NCBI RefSeq assembly: GCF_964204645.1
Contig: NC_134033.1
Location: forward strand, 9,060,655 to 9,124,654
Direction of reading: 5' to 3'
DNA from: Tubulanus polymorphus
Lineage: Eukaryota; Animalia; Nemertea
DNA length: 64,000 bases
This document shows positions 12,401 through 27,200 of the stretch, piece after piece; position 1 is the stretch's first letter, and every line of letters starts with the position of its first letter. A program made the position numbers and the translations under genes. The notes beneath the pieces were generated by a model. It did not search any database, was not told the origin of the DNA, and saw only the letters and a list, made by a program, of their open reading frames with translations.

Positions 12401-15400
12401 CCTGAAGCTGACAAGGATCGCTGGACAATGGCCAGGCGAGCAGATTTAACCACTGGCTGTTTGGATGATGCCGAAAGTTCCCCTGAGACAGAAGCGATGG
12501 GAAATTCGGAAGAATCCTGGGGTTGTCGCACAGTAGGTTGAGAAGTGGTAGGAACCATTTCTGAGCCGGCCAACATGGTGCTACAAGAACTATGTTGCAA
12601 TTGACTGATCTCTCTATTTGATCCAGTAAGGATCAAATAGAGAGATTCGTGGACAGTGAGCCTAACTGTCCAGAAACGTCCTTCAAATAAAATGACGAGA
12701 AGGTAGATGGAGATGTCCAGAAGGCTGAACGACAAACCTGTTCCAAGGAAGCCCCCGTGAATAATGACCAGGATGTGGCTAATACCCTCACCTGATGAGA
12801 ATGTATCCCGAGCGGAGCCTGGGCCCCCTGAGAATGCAGAGTTTCTTTAATTAAAGATACAATCCATCTAGCGATTGTGTCCCTTGAGATATCTCTCTTA
12901 TCCCCTTATCGGAGAGGAATAAAGAGCCTCTCCCTATCTTGTCTGTGGGGAAGTGTCCTCTCTAGGTACTCCTTTAAAGCTCTTACTGGACAGAGCGACG
13001 TATCAGGAAGATCGTGAGATACCCTATGCGTCAAAGCCTCGATCTTCCAAGATCTGGCTGCTACGGAAGCCTTTTGATTCTTGGCAATGAAACTAAGACC
13101 AGGCCTTAAAATGACAAACCTATCTTGTGGACCAAAGGAAATATGACCCGGACGCATCGATAAAGCATGAACCTCCGAACGCCTCGCGGCCATCGCTAAG
13201 AACAGTAAGAACACCGTTTTCTTAGATAAGTCTGACAGGGTAGTATTGCGGATAGGCTCGAAGGGAGTGATCATAAGTGCTCTAAGAACCACTGTTAAGT
13301 CCCATGGCGGGATATCTGAAACCTGTTTGGGTCTCTTAACCCCAAAACCTGATATCAATTGAGCTATTTTCACATCCTCCTTCACTACAGGGAGCTCGCT
13401 GAACGAAAAGTATGCCCTATTGCTGATCTGTAGCCTTTAATGGTTACAACCTGTCTATTCTTCTCTTCGAACAGGAAAAAGAAAAAATCTATTAACTCTG
13501 ACACAGAGGGGTGGAGAGAATCCACCGCTCTCCTATTACACCAATCGGAGTAACATTCCCATTTGGAATCGTACAATGCTCCGGTAGAGGGACGTTTGGA
13601 TTCCACGATAAATCTGGCTGCCCCCGAAGAAATTCCTTGGTTTGAAAGCTGTCGCTTGACAATGGCCAGGCGTGTAGATTCAATTGGAATTGATTTGGGT
13701 GTAACTTGAACCGTCCCTGGGACAGTAACCCGGGGTAATTGGGCAGAGTGCGAGGGAAGTCCACCAGTAGATGCAGGAGTCTGACGAACCATGTCTGAGT
13801 CGGCCAACAGGGAGCCACTAAGACCACTTGACAGTTGACTGCCCCCTCTATCTTCTCCAACACTCGATTGAGTAGGGGAGTGGGGGGAAAGGTATAAGCC
13901 AGCAGGTTGTCCCAACTCAGAGATAGAGCGTCCACCCCCCACGCCAAGTCGTCTTGAAATGGGGACACAAACACCGGACACCTCGTGTTGAAGCGAGTGG
14001 CAAACAGGTCCACGTTCGGACTTCTCATCAGGGCCCGGACTTGATTGGCTACCCTGACTGCCAATGTCCACTCAGTGGCTACTGGCTTGTCTTGGCGAGA
14101 CAGAGCGTTGGCCACCACATTCAGGCTGCCCGCCAGGTGGGAAACCGAAAGAATCATCCCTTGAGCCTGGACCCAGGTCAGAATCTGAGCTGCTAAGTTG
14201 GATAATGTTGGGGACCTGGTCCCCCCCTGGTTGAGCAAATAAGCCTTTACTGTGGAGTTGTCCGTTGACAGCCACACATGATGACCCCCTAACCTCCTTT
14301 TGAAGTGTTTGAAGGCCTTTTGAACCGCTAACAGTTCCAGGTGATTTATGTGGAGATGAGCCTCTGCTCAAGACCAGTTCCCGGCTTTCTGAAAACCTTC
14401 TACATGTGCTCCCCAGCCCTGATGGCTGGCATCCGTGAATAGATGAATCGGGGCCTTCAAAGGTCCTAGGGAGGTGCCTCTTGTCAAGTTCTCCGCGAGA
14501 GTCCACTACTCGAGGTCGGGGATTAGGTTCACCGGTGGTACCGGCAATAAGGTATCCCACTCTTCCCCTACTGATCTCCAAGCTTGCTTCCAGAATCTTT
14601 GAAGAGAACAGCTGTGTAAACGACCGAGCAGAACTACGAGTGCAACGGAACTCATCTGGCCCAAAACCTGGGACCAGGACTGAGCCGATCTGGGCGCCCC
14701 CGTCAGGAGACCGAGAACTGCCTCCCAGCTTCTGAACTCTGGCCTGTGCTGGTCTGACTAAGGCCTGCGTCAGGTCGAAGTGCATACCTAGGTACGTGAA
14801 CCTTTGAGAGGGGGTCAACTGGGACTTCTCTAAATTTACTATGAAACCTAATTGACGGATCAAGGCCAGTGTCTTGTGTAAGGCTTCCTTGCACTCTGCT
14901 TTCGAATTTGCCACAACCAGCCAATCATCCAGGTAACAGAAAATGCGAACTCCCTTCGACTGAAGGTGTTTCTGAACCCTTTTGACAAGTTTGGTGTAGA
15001 CCCAAGGGGCTGAACTCAGGCCGAAGGGCAGAGACCGAAATTGGTATGTTCTTCCCCTCCAATGAACTCTTAAATACTTTCTTGAGTTCCTGTGTATTGG
15101 TACTTGTAGGTATGCATCCCTCAGATCTATGGATGCTGCCCATTGGCCTGGCTCCAGCCCCTGAATCACCTCCTTGGGTGTTGTTAGCTTGAATTTTGGA
15201 GCTATGATATAACGATTTAGAGCTGACGGATCTATTACCGTCCTTAAGCCCCCAGATGATTTTGGGACGGTGAAAATTCTTGAATACCATCCCGGGGATC
15301 CTAGAGGGATTTCTTCCAGCGATCTTTTTAAAATCATCTCGTTGATCGCTGACATAACGTGTGACTCCTGCCCCCACTTCGGCCTCATTTCCACCGGCTG

Positions 15401-18106
15401 ATGAGATAGATGCGGTTTGTGAACGAATTTCAGTCGGTATCCTTTGGAAACGATCTTTGTAGCCCAAGTGTCGCCAAATTTTTCTAGCCAGTGGGAAGAG
15501 GCGTCTTGAAGGCAAAAGCCCACTGGCCTGACATCTTCAACGGGTACCTGTGTTGGCGCGGCCACGAAAGGGTCGATTGAAGCCCCTACGTAATCTAGCC
15601 CTACCCCTTTGGGGATTGTCACTGTAAGAACTTTGAAAATAACTGACATAGTTCAAATTGTTATTGTTGTCCCTTTGAGCTCCCTTGGAGCTTGTCCAAC
15701 CCGCTTTTTTGTAGCTTAATTTGCTGTTGACTTGAGATTGATTGTATCCGGGCTGATTTGCCGGTGAGTTTCTGTAGTTAGAGTTGCCAGCGTAATAACT
15801 AGGCTTTTTTGATGTCTTCCATGACTGCCTACCGGCCTTAGCCTGAGATTCTCTGATCTTGGTGGCCTCTGCATAGGCAGATGCGCAGCATCCAGAGAAA
15901 ACCCGTGAGGAATTGCCCAGCGGTGCTCTGTATAGAGCTACTTTCACCGGGTCTGGAAGTTTGGAGTCGGCCAACAAGCTATATCTATTGATCAAGGCTA
16001 GGTTAGCCTGGATCCTTATACCCAAAGGTACTTGGTGACACAAACGCCTTGGCCATAGACTGTAGAATTCTCTCTATGGTCGCCACGTGTTCGGACATTG
16101 TCTCTGGATCCGGATTATCCTGGACTAGTTGAGACTTTACTTTTTCTAACTCGCCGTGCATGGCAACCAGTGAAATGTCTTGGAAAGACGCGATTTGACA
16201 AATGCTACGAGCTAATTGGTTCAACGCTCCCATTGCTTGTTTTGGTAAAGTGTAGGAGGGCGGTGGTTTTTTGGGTAGTCCTATCGTGGTTGACCCATCA
16301 GAGTCAAAGTGTGGTTTGAATCCGGGATCATCAGCACCTGGTGTGGCGTAATAATAAGTCTTGTACCCCGTTATGGGAGGATACAACGGAGAGAAAAATT
16401 TTGAATCCTTCATGCCTGCCTCTAATGGAGGATAAGACCAAGTATTGTCTGTACGCTTACCACCCCACAGTGTCGTGTCCAAAGTCTCACGCCATTCTTC
16501 TCTATATACAGAATGTGGTGCTAAAACTAACTCTTCGGTGTCATCGGATGGACTGAAGATTTTGGCGGCCGACCCTCTAGGCTGGGTTGTTTTAGGTTTG
16601 GCCTTGGTACCTCCGTACCGGGAGAAAACTTCTTTTACTAAGTCCTTGAATGGAATGTCTCCCGTCTCTTCCATTGTGGATGGTGACGGAGAGCACGATC
16701 TGTGCATGTCTCCGTCCCTGGATAGACCAGAATCTTCTGGATCATGAGATTTTTCCTCATCAGAAAAATCGTTGACATCATCCAACACCAACCCATCTGT
16801 TGGGTTGCAGGACAGCCCTGTTGGCACTGATGGAGGCTTGGGGACCGGGGTTTCCTTACCTTTTAGTTGTTCCTTAAGGGAAGCGATCTCCTGCGAGAAT
16901 ATCGCTAGCATATTCTTGATGTCACTAGAGTCAGACGGCTTATCAGCCGGTGATCTAGAACGTGAGCGACGACGTTGTTGCTTATGAGCACGCTTGTGCC
17001 TACGCCAGGTAGGTGACGGAGAATAGGTTCGACTTACTCTAGAACGGGATCTAGAACGAGACCTTGACCCAGAGCTGGGGTCAGACGGTGAACGACGTCG
17101 TTTTTTATTAGAGCGCTGGTGCCTACGTCTTATTGTATGGGGACCTATGCTAACAGTCAAACAATCTAACTCTATTTTCAAAATTCAAAAGAAAGCGGTT
17201 AGACTAATTAATAATTCAGCCTATAATGCACCAACAGGGCCAATATTTAAGAAATATAGTATATTGAAATTCCAAGACCTTATAGAATTAGATCTACTGA
17301 AATTTGGATTCTGTCATCTTCATAAATTGCTTCCACAGCGAGTACTAAACCTTTTCAACATAAATGCTGAATTCCACAATTACAATACCCGTAGTCGCAA
17401 TTTTACAAGAGTTCACTGTCACACGTCAAAACTTTTCCACTCCTCCTTTCTTGCGCAAGTCCCAATTGTCTGGCAAACCGCAAATAATAACCTACATAAT
17501 GCACCTAATTTATCTTGTCTTGTATCCCGATTTAAGAAATTGACTTTCAATAGTTATTCCTGATTATATAAATTATGTGTGGCACGATACACTCTGTCAT
17601 TATTTCTTGGTTTCATACCCCAAGTATTAATTATGTGTATGCTTAAACTACATGGTAAATCACCATTACTGCACTCAAATTAAATTATTCGTATGAATAT
17701 TTACCGTTTTACTATTATGTTAATATTACTTGGTGAGTACCATTATAAGCATCTTCATGTGTTACCAATTTAATACTTTGTTAAACAATTGTCAAAATAT
17801 TATCATGATTGTCAATATATCATTATATTGACATTACCATGTGTTACTATTTTGTATAACATCTATTACTACTTATCATTCGCATTACGATGTTACTATT
17901 ATCATTCTCATTATGATTGTTATTTTCAATTTATTTATATTATTATGGATGAGTCCCATCATTATCATATGTTATATTATTGTAACTAATTCCATGATTT
18001 GTTAAATAATTACAATCATTTGTTAAACAATTATAATCAGCATAATATTATGTATTATTATTTATTTTGTATTTTTATTATTTTGTATTTTTATTATTAT
18101 TATTAC

Positions 18107-18148
<42 letters not shown>

Positions 18149-18169
18149 TAATATTATTATTATTATTAC

Positions 18170-18202
<33 letters not shown>

Positions 18203-21200
18203 TTCTATAATTATTATAATGTTTTTCAGGTGCAGTGACTTGTACAGCCTCCAGGCTTTCACTGCTTCCTTCATTTAACTGTTATTTTTCTTCACTATTG
18301 TCGTTATACTATCTTGTAATTTAAGTTAAATGAAAAATAAATTATTATTACGTCTAGTAGAAGACGAAGAGTCGGACCGACTAAATCTCGATCGGGACCT
18401 GGACCTAGACACGGATCGTCCCGGATCATTGCCCTGTTTCCGAGTATCCGGGCATTCAGGTGTATCAACCTTGCCCGATGAGGACGCTGGGGTCTTAGAA
18501 GGTGTATCAACCTTGCCCAAACGTTTAAATCTCGGTCTCCTAGGGGAACTGGAGACGTCGTGATCCGACATGTTAAACCCTAAAATAAGCTGAAATAAAA
18601 GGTTAATTATTGATACGATTTTTAGTACAGATTATTAATTTTCGTGAATGATGAGACGGAAATCAATTACGTTGAATGATAATTATTGAATATATAAGGC
18701 GGGAGGAGCCGCTAAGAAAACAGCACGGCGCTCCCGCGAAACCGGAAGTAGAAAACTGGTGGCAAAATGTTGAAATGCGCATAAATTAAAAACGATTTCA
18801 CCCGAAGTTCGACTTCTATTCCGAGATCAATCACTGTTATGTCTGTTTCTTATATCAATTAGAACGGATGTCCGATCCAACACGAAGAATTTTAACCGAT
18901 TTACGAGCACTGCCGAAACACGTTCTCTAGAGAACAAGCGCCAAGCAAAAAGATGATGGCGTCTCGCCAGATGGCGCTATGTTACGGCGCCCCTACCAAA
19001 AGTCGATTCGGGCGTTATCTGCCTAGCCAAAAGCAATATGGCTATAGTGTATTTTCCGAGGGAATGTATTCGAAGTAAATACAGAGGACACTTCCGATTG
19101 AACCGGGTGGCAAACAGATCCAGCAGCGGATTGCCAAACATGCCCCGAACCCGATCGGCTACTTCTTGGTGGAGAACCCATTCTGTCGCAATAGCCTGAC
19201 CTCGACGAGACAGAGCATCGGCTATCACGTTCCTTTTCCCTGCTAAATGTGCCACAGTCAGGGACACGCCCTTTGTCTGGCACCAAAGAAGAATTTTGGC
19301 CGACAGACCTGTGAGGGTTTCTGAGTGAGTGCCCCCTTGGTTCTGAAGGTAAGCCCTCACTGTTGAATTGTCTGTGGCTAACCAAACGTGGTGGCCCTCC
19401 ACTCTCCTGTGAAAGAACTTCAGGGCCTTCCACACGGCCAGCATTTCCAGGAAATTTATGTGGTTGGTGGCCTCCTAGCGAGACCATCTTCCGGCTCTGA
19501 CTCGGTTCTCCAGATGTGCCCCCCATCCTTGGTGACTGGCATCCATGAATACACGAACTGGAGCCCCCAACGGGCTAATGACACCCCGCGTCCAATATTC
19601 GTAGTTGCCACACACCAATGAAGATCCGGACTTAGATCAATTGGAGGTACGGGAATCAAGGTCTCCCAGTCGCCCTTCGACCGAGACCAGAAGACCTTCC
19701 AATATTGTTGCAAGCGCCTGCTTCTGAGGCGGCCTAAGGGCACCACCAGATCCATGGAGCTGATGGAGCCTAGAAGCCGTGACCAGTAACGAGCTGTTCT
19801 CGGGGTTATGGACACTCCCACTACAGCTTTTTGAAGTTTGGCTACTCGAGCCATGGACGGAAAGACTTTGCCGATTCGGAGATGGAAGTCCATGCCGAGA
19901 TAAGTGAACTCTTGGGCCGGCGTCAACTGAGATTTTTCCCTGTTTATGCGGAACCCTAGCTGATGGACTAAGTCCAAGACTGAGGTCATTGCCTCCCGAC
20001 ATTCTTGAGCCGAGTTCGCGACTATTTATCAGTCGTCGAGGTAAACGAACAGTCGAACATCCCTTGACTGAAGTACATTCTAAACTGACTTGACCAACTT
20101 GGTGAAAACCCACGGGGCCGTACTGAGAAGAGACCTGAATTGGAACTGGCTGCCTTTCCAATTTATCCTGAGAAATCGCCGAGATTTTGTGTGAATTGGA
20201 ACCTGAAAGTATCTTTCAGGTCCAACGAAGCCGCCCATTGACCCGGACGGAGCCCTTGAATCACGTCCTTGGGTTTGGTCATCCGGAACCTTGGAATGTC
20301 TAGGTGCCGATTGAGGGATGACAGACCTATCACCGTCCGTTGACCCCCTGTGGCCTTTGGTACCATGAAAACCAGCCGGGAGAAGTTTCGTTGCAAACTG
20401 GTTCTATCGCTCCCTTCTCGGCCGATTCCTTGAGAGCTGGAGAGATTAAGGCCTCCTGACCTGGTTTTGGCCGCATGTCGGGAGGTGACCTTGTCAGGCG
20501 CGGTTGCCTTAGGAAACGGAGACGGTAGCCATGAGAGACGACCCGGGAGGGCCAACCGTCTCCGAAAAGGTCGGACCAGTTGGTTGCTGCCTGCTGCAGA
20601 CAACCTCCCACTGGACCCGAGAATTCATTTCGAGTTTTTCCGAAAGGAAGAGCCCCTTTTTGGAGCCTTCCCCTTGCCTCGATACGAACCGGAACTGTTA
20701 CGACTGGACGAGGCTTGACACGATAGTTGAAGTTGCGCGCTAGCGCCCGAGAAAGCGCTGAAGTTTGAGTTGGTTCTGTATGCGTCCGTGCCGAACCTTG
20801 CGCCACCGGCGTCAGACCAGAACGCTTTTTCCACGGAGTCCGAACGGTGGACTTGGTCTGGACCTCAGCTCGGCGGAAACAGGAGCATACCAACCGGAGA
20901 AGAGACGTGAAGACGTCCCCAATGGAGCTCTCAGCAAAGCATTGGACACCATATCCGGCAGACGAGCTTTGGAACTGGAGTCCATAACTGACTGACGGGA
21001 GGCTTACACAAGATTAGCCTGACCCCGAACCGACAACGGAATTACATGTGAAACAGACTGAGCCAAAGATTGGATAATCCGGTCCATTCCCTCCAGTTTT
21101 AGGGCAACTGATTCTGGGTCGGAGCCCGCTTGAACGGCTGCGTGAGTCTCGCAAAGCTGACCCGTCATCACCTTAAGTGCCATTGAAACCAACAAACCCT

Positions 21201-24200
21201 GGTAAGATTGTCCAGGATTGACGTCATGGCCACCAAACCAGACTTAGGCAAACGAATACCCGACTGTGCTGAAACAGTATCCGGGCTGATCAAAGTATAA
21301 TCAGAATCCAGGCAGCTATAACTGTGATCCACAGCACCTGGAGTTGCGTAATATGCCGAGCGAAATGCGCCTATAGGTGGATCGGTTGAACTAAAATATT
21401 TCCCAGATTTCATACCCCGTTCTGAAGGGGGAAACGAAAACGTTCCAGGGCGACATTCACCCCATAATTGCGTATCCAATCGAGCCCATTCTCTTGAAAC
21501 CGCTGACGATTCCCGTTAAACGTTAAGATCGCAATCCGGAGGGCGATAAGCTTCCATTGACACACCGATCCAGAGAAGCTGCTGTGGGCTTAGCACGAGT
21601 TGCCCCGTGTTTGACAAAAAACTCACTAATCATTGCTCTAAATGGCATGTCCCCTGCTGGTTCGGATAAAACTGAACGGGACGGAATATACATTGCGAGC
21701 CAGGGAAGTCCCCATCGTATGGGGCAACCCAAAATTGCTCGCGACAGGAACGACCCCAGACGGAATTGCCACTTCCGGGACCGGATCCTCATTGAAATCA
21801 GACCCTACCGCAGCATCCAGGAATTCAGAGTCAGAATTCCGAAGAACTGAGCTGGCGAACTTCTAACCGGACAATCAGGAATAGGCTTACCTGTTGTAGA
21901 GGTTGCAGCGACTTGTTGCGACGATGATAACAAGTTTAAAATTTTCTCTTCAAATACATGGAAATCCTTCTGAGTCAGGAATTTTCCAGTATTTCCGAGG
22001 ATCATGCCGACTTCGGTGACGGTCCCTCGAACGGGATCGAGACCTACTAGGAGAATCGCCTTCATCGCTAACCGACGTCGACGAACGATGAGAAGACCGA
22101 CGATCAAACCTTGATCCGCGATAAGGAGACCTTGCGCGTTTATTACGCTCACGTCGTCTGGATCTAGTGGGAGAGCGAGCTCTATCCCCGGAGCGACGAT
22201 CAGAATCAGATGATGAACGAACCAGAAGTTTTGAACTGGATGACTTCTGGACCGGACCGGTGCCCGAACCGGACTGGTACCGACCAAACCGGTGCCGGCC
22301 GATCCCGACTACCGCGGCGAGCGCTCGGTTCAGAACATATAGTCTGAACCGGCCGAACCAGTGAACGACCAACGACCGGTGATTGACCGGAGACCGGTGG
22401 CGGTGAACCAGCGTTCCTTCCCAGTGAACAGAGTTGGGAAGCTGATCGTACCAGAACGATCGGCAACCGCTCCGCTATACGATTAGAAATAGAATTAGAG
22501 ACGTCGGTTGGCACGTATGGCCGAAACCGACGAATCCCTGCTATTAACTCGACGACGATCTCTTAGCTTCAGAGCCTTGCAAGGATCTTCTTAGATTCGG
22601 AGCCAAACTCCGAACCACGCGCCAACAAAAAATGGCGTTAGCAGGAAATTGGATGGGACAGTCTATTGAGAGGGTGGATAGGTGCTGGTTAAGTTAAAAA
22701 TTGGGTGACGGATGGTTTTCCATAATTGTAGGAAAAGGCACATGTCAGGCAGGGAAGTATACGAAAGAAATAGCATATACCTATCTTCGGCATGATGTTT
22801 TAGGAGAATCTCAGAGAATCCGTGCTCCAAGTAATCAATAAAGGCTAAGATGTCCCTGTTGATTGAATCCAGGAGTTTGCATGAAAATCTGTCTATTGAT
22901 ACGATCTCCATCACACACAACTGCATGATGCTTCATTCATCATGAGTATACGTGGTAGTGGGTTCCCCACTGACTCAAATAGACATGCTCCACCTGTGAT
23001 GATTTCTTTACACGGAGTGTGCGAAGTTTAAAATAGACAATTTATTTTCTCAAATTGAACAATTTCCAAGATTCACTTCCCTCTTTCCCAATTTTACAGC
23101 CCTTCTATAAAATTCATTGCTTTGAAGGACACTATTCAACACTAAGTTTTAAAACAAAACTTTCTTTTGGCTCATCTGACTGCAGATCATATCCTTTTAC
23201 AGTAAACATCTCCCGAAAAATATAACAGTAACACTTACTTTGAGAACATCTGTTGGATTTGCTAGAGCACTGGATACTGAACCAGCTATGATTCCGCATA
23301 AAACATCTGTTGCCAGGGTCTCCTCTGTAATAAAAAAGTAACATCTAGGTATGCAGGAATACATTATTACATAATTCATTTTATCTTATTTATTACATCC
23401 TCTAGATTTGACAGTTAATAAACCCAAAATCTATTTGGGAAGTCAAAGTTCAATGTTTCAATTTGAATATATATATTTTTTTTAAACTTGTAAATTGGCT
23501 CAGTGGGTTAAGCACTCTACTATATTTTCATTTGGTTTCGAATCCCAATATTGCAAGTCAGAATTTTACTACTTTGAACCCAGGTATCGCACTCCGCTGA
23601 CGGACTCCGTAACCAGAGCAACATAGAATGATAAAGATGGGTCTCCAACTGTGGAAATCTGCGTTTCCGCAGAAGATTTTCATCCCTGTACGCATTTATT
23701 TTGTGACACGATTCCTGATTGGTCAGATTGTTACTAGGTTCCAACCATTTGTAAACAACGGCACTACTCAATCAAACTACTGACTGGTGGTACTCATGTT
23801 TCAATGAAATATTTGTTGAATTTCGAAAGTTATTTTACAACTGTCGACAAAATGGTCTTCACTGGCGTGAAAGTATGTAGTGAAGTTTCTGCAGAAACTC
23901 TATTGGATTAATGTTTATTTTTTCTTAAGTTTTTATTTATGAGATTTGAGCGGGAAATTTTTGTACATGGCACCTTCGAGTCATCAGTGTCACTGACCTC
24001 AGGAGTGCATTTCACACAATACCATTGTAATCTAAGTCACAATCCAACACTGGAATATGCCCTTATCCTGGAGCTACAATGCATACATATCATTGATTGC
24101 CGATGGGATCAAACGCGTCCCCAGCTCTGTGGCAACAAAAGATAAGCAAGATTATGTCAGAAATACTAGATTATGAAACATTTAGTACTGCAATTTATGA

Positions 24201-27200
24201 TGATGATACGTTTAGTACTGCAATTTATGATGATATTATCGTACAGTCCAAATCTGCTTCAGATCATATGAGACATTGGTCAAGCGTCCTTTATATTACA
24301 GAAAATATGGATTGAGGAGAAATGTAGATTGTTTAGAAATACTGTAACTTTTATCAGTCACATTATCTCTTGTTTCAGAAGAAGGCATAGTCCATGTACA
24401 AGCAATGGGAGATATATGTAGCGCTATAAGAAATATGAAGATTCCTACCAACATAACAAGATTTGTTTGAGCTGTGAATTACAGTCAAGCCCCGATATAC
24501 CGCCCTCCCATATACAGCCTACCCCGCGGTATATCAGGGGTTGACTGTATTTATCTAGCGTATTTCCTATGTACCTTCATAGTTTGCAAGAAACATTTTA
24601 CGCATTAATGAAGAAGAACAAGCCTATCATTTTGACTGAACATGAAGAAAATTTTGAAGTCATTGAGAACATGTTAACTAATCCAACAGTCGTGTGTGCT
24701 CCTCAAGGTAATGGTGATTTTTCACTTTTTTCAAATATTTGCACTCAGAAGATTAAAGTCAAAGACAGATTGGTTGCATACCACTCTAAAGTTCTTCCTA
24801 AAGCAGCTAAATCCTATTGTGTCAGTGAATTGGAATTACAAGGATTATTGTTAAATATTTTGCATTTAAACATATTTTGAGATCGATTTCATTTCAATAT
24901 TGTCGATCTCTTGCCATTGATATATATTAACAGTTTGAAGAACCAACCAACTACACTTAGGATGCATAAGTTAAAAAGTTACTCAAACGTCTTTCGCTAT
25001 ACTCATTTGATCTTTCTGACACTTACGAGTCCATAAGAAGGCTTACAATGCAACTAATCATTAATTAGGCTTACCACGAATATAGTATTGATGAGGTGGA
25101 GTTGGACCTGCAAAAAGAAACAAGTCACATGGAAAATATACAGTGAACAATTAGCAGACATGCCAGATTTAAAAAATCTACGTCAGGGCCATATTCAAAT
25201 TTTGTCAGGGACGTCAGGGATATCTTGTAAAAGTCATTTCTTCAGGGACATATTAGAACTGTCAGGGATAAAAATATCCAGCCACTTTTTCAGGAACATT
25301 AACAAGAATCTCAGGGAAAAACCTACTGAATTTTACAGTGAAACATTGTCATGACGAGCCTATTAGAATATAGGCCCTATCATTCTTTCTATCAACTCGA
25401 TTTCCATTTCATAATTAGCTGGTTTGCTTTGATTGACATGATGCCAGATTGCCCCCAGCTGCTCAACAAGCAATTATCCCAAAAAAGCTTTATAAGCTCA
25501 AAATTACTTATATTGGGCCATGAAAATGCTTTCATTTTGTAATTTGTATCAATTAAAAAATGAGTTGTTGATACTATTTTATGGGCTTCTTGCTTAATCT
25601 ATGTCTGTAGAATGTTGCACAGAGAACTCCGAACACCAGGCTGAAATAGCCGATCAGCAATTAGCGTGCGGCAAGTTTGATTGACAGCGCTACTGATTGT
25701 GTCTATGGGAGGCTGAGCTCTCCTCTAGTATCGCGCGCGAATGGATTTTGTTGCATTTTGTTGAATGAATGGCAGCTTATTGGAACACAGCCAGTTTCCT
25801 GGAAAACTTAAACTAGGCAACACTCGAGGCATGTTTTCACACGGTGCACACTTGATTTCAAATGTACATAGCTCATACACTATTAAAGTCTACACACGAG
25901 TCTCTCGCGTGGGGTGCGGCATTGCCGTGGCAAATCAGTTGGATCGATTATAGTAGCTCGAGCGAGCAATTGCCGGAACTATTTGAAATTAAACGCCACA
26001 ATGCAGAATTATAACGTTAATGAGGCAATTCTCTCCGGGATTTTTATGGGCTCTTCATAAAATGTTAACTCTCGCCGGGATTTTAGGACTAAATGAAATT
26101 TTCGTGACAAATTGCAGCTCTCCGGGAAGGGGGACAAAATTTCAAGAACTGGGACTCACGTCTGGCATGTCTGAATTAGTATGACATGAAATATATTTGA
26201 ACTCAGTTAAGCCGTCAAATGCAAATTGAGACCCAAGAAGTTGCAATAACTTTACACAGTTCGACTGTAAATGAATACTAGAGGACCAAAGGTCCTGTAC
26301 TCTCGAGGTCCATTTTTCATGATAATAATGAAAATGCAGTACATGTACTACTCTTTTAGTTATACATATTTGTTCTCTTTAACAAGTGCCCTGGGGCACT
26401 ACGGCGAGACTGTGGTGTTTCACACCTATCACTAAAATTTTACAAATTTTGCAGACATGCAATGTTTTTGCCCATTCACATCAAGTGATGTAGTCATCCG
26501 CATATTAATTCATGAATTATCGATGAAATATTATTCAAAAATCTTTTTCTTATTATTGTGATCAACTTTTATCACCATGCAACCCAATAGGCCTATAATG
26601 CGATATAATCTTCAATACAAAGTCGCCGGAACTATTTTAACAGCGTATTTAAAGGGGTCATGAAGAGGTTTTTGAGATATGGCTTAATGTATTTTTTGTC
26701 ATCAATTATACCTTATTTATTGATTAAGTGGTCAAGAAATAAGTTTTTAATTCTTCACTTAGTGTTAAAATGAGACTTTTGATCAGACGCGCTGATTCCT
26801 TCCCAACTGGAAGTGTGACGTCATTCTGAGAACCCAAACCAAAACAACATGGTGTAGTGTATAGAAACGGGTGATACTAACAGCGATAAATGTGCAAAAT
26901 AGTGACTCAAATACATTAGATTCCAATCAAACGTCTGATGTTTAGGAAGCCAACAGTTGTCATTAATAGACAGTCGAAATTATTCCATTTAATTTAGACC
27001 TGATGCCTTAGAACGAAGGAATTTGTGACTATAGAGTACAGCATATTTCTACGTCGGGAGCAGCGAGCATTCATCGTCATTAAGTCATTCCCTCTGTAAA
27101 AACCACGCGGAGGGGATGACTGATATAGGCTAGACATCGAAGATATTTCTGTGGGTAGAGATATTTTTATCCAGTACTGAACCATAAAAGCGTCCTGAAA

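Larger units (their letters stand above)
15537..18571 (-). pseudogene. Inner DIRS gag/ORF1, split by a CR1 insertion and a frameshift near 16030
   Basis: [12 protein letters not shown]... (18571) rejoins the RS-rich ORF at 17130 once the LINE is removed; similar to the outer gag (YYATPGA motif shared). Confidence 0.8.
12647..19079 (-). mobile_element. Inner DIRS1-like element inserted in the methyltransferase region of the outer DIRS; 3-prime end lost
   Basis: 5-prime end tttacttcgaatacattccc at 19079 interrupts the outer ORF at ...RFNRKCPLY; carries its own gag, RT, RNaseH, MT and YR. Confidence 0.88.
10910..22637 (-). mobile_element. Outer DIRS1-like tyrosine-recombinase retrotransposon (degenerate; 5-prime ITR truncated)
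   Basis: RS-rich gag fragments 20600-22372; frameshifted RT/RNaseH/methyltransferase 19080-20560; tyrosine recombinase 11486-12352; 3-prime ITR 10910-11075 plus internal complementary region. Confidence 0.9.

Noticed and set aside
18062-18274. Poly-Ile ORF
   Set aside because: Translation of an (ATT)n microsatellite.
23496-23550. tRNA gene (also B-box-like hits near 10712 and 51457)
   Set aside because: Only A/B-box fragments and no cloverleaf; most likely decayed tRNA-derived SINE heads.
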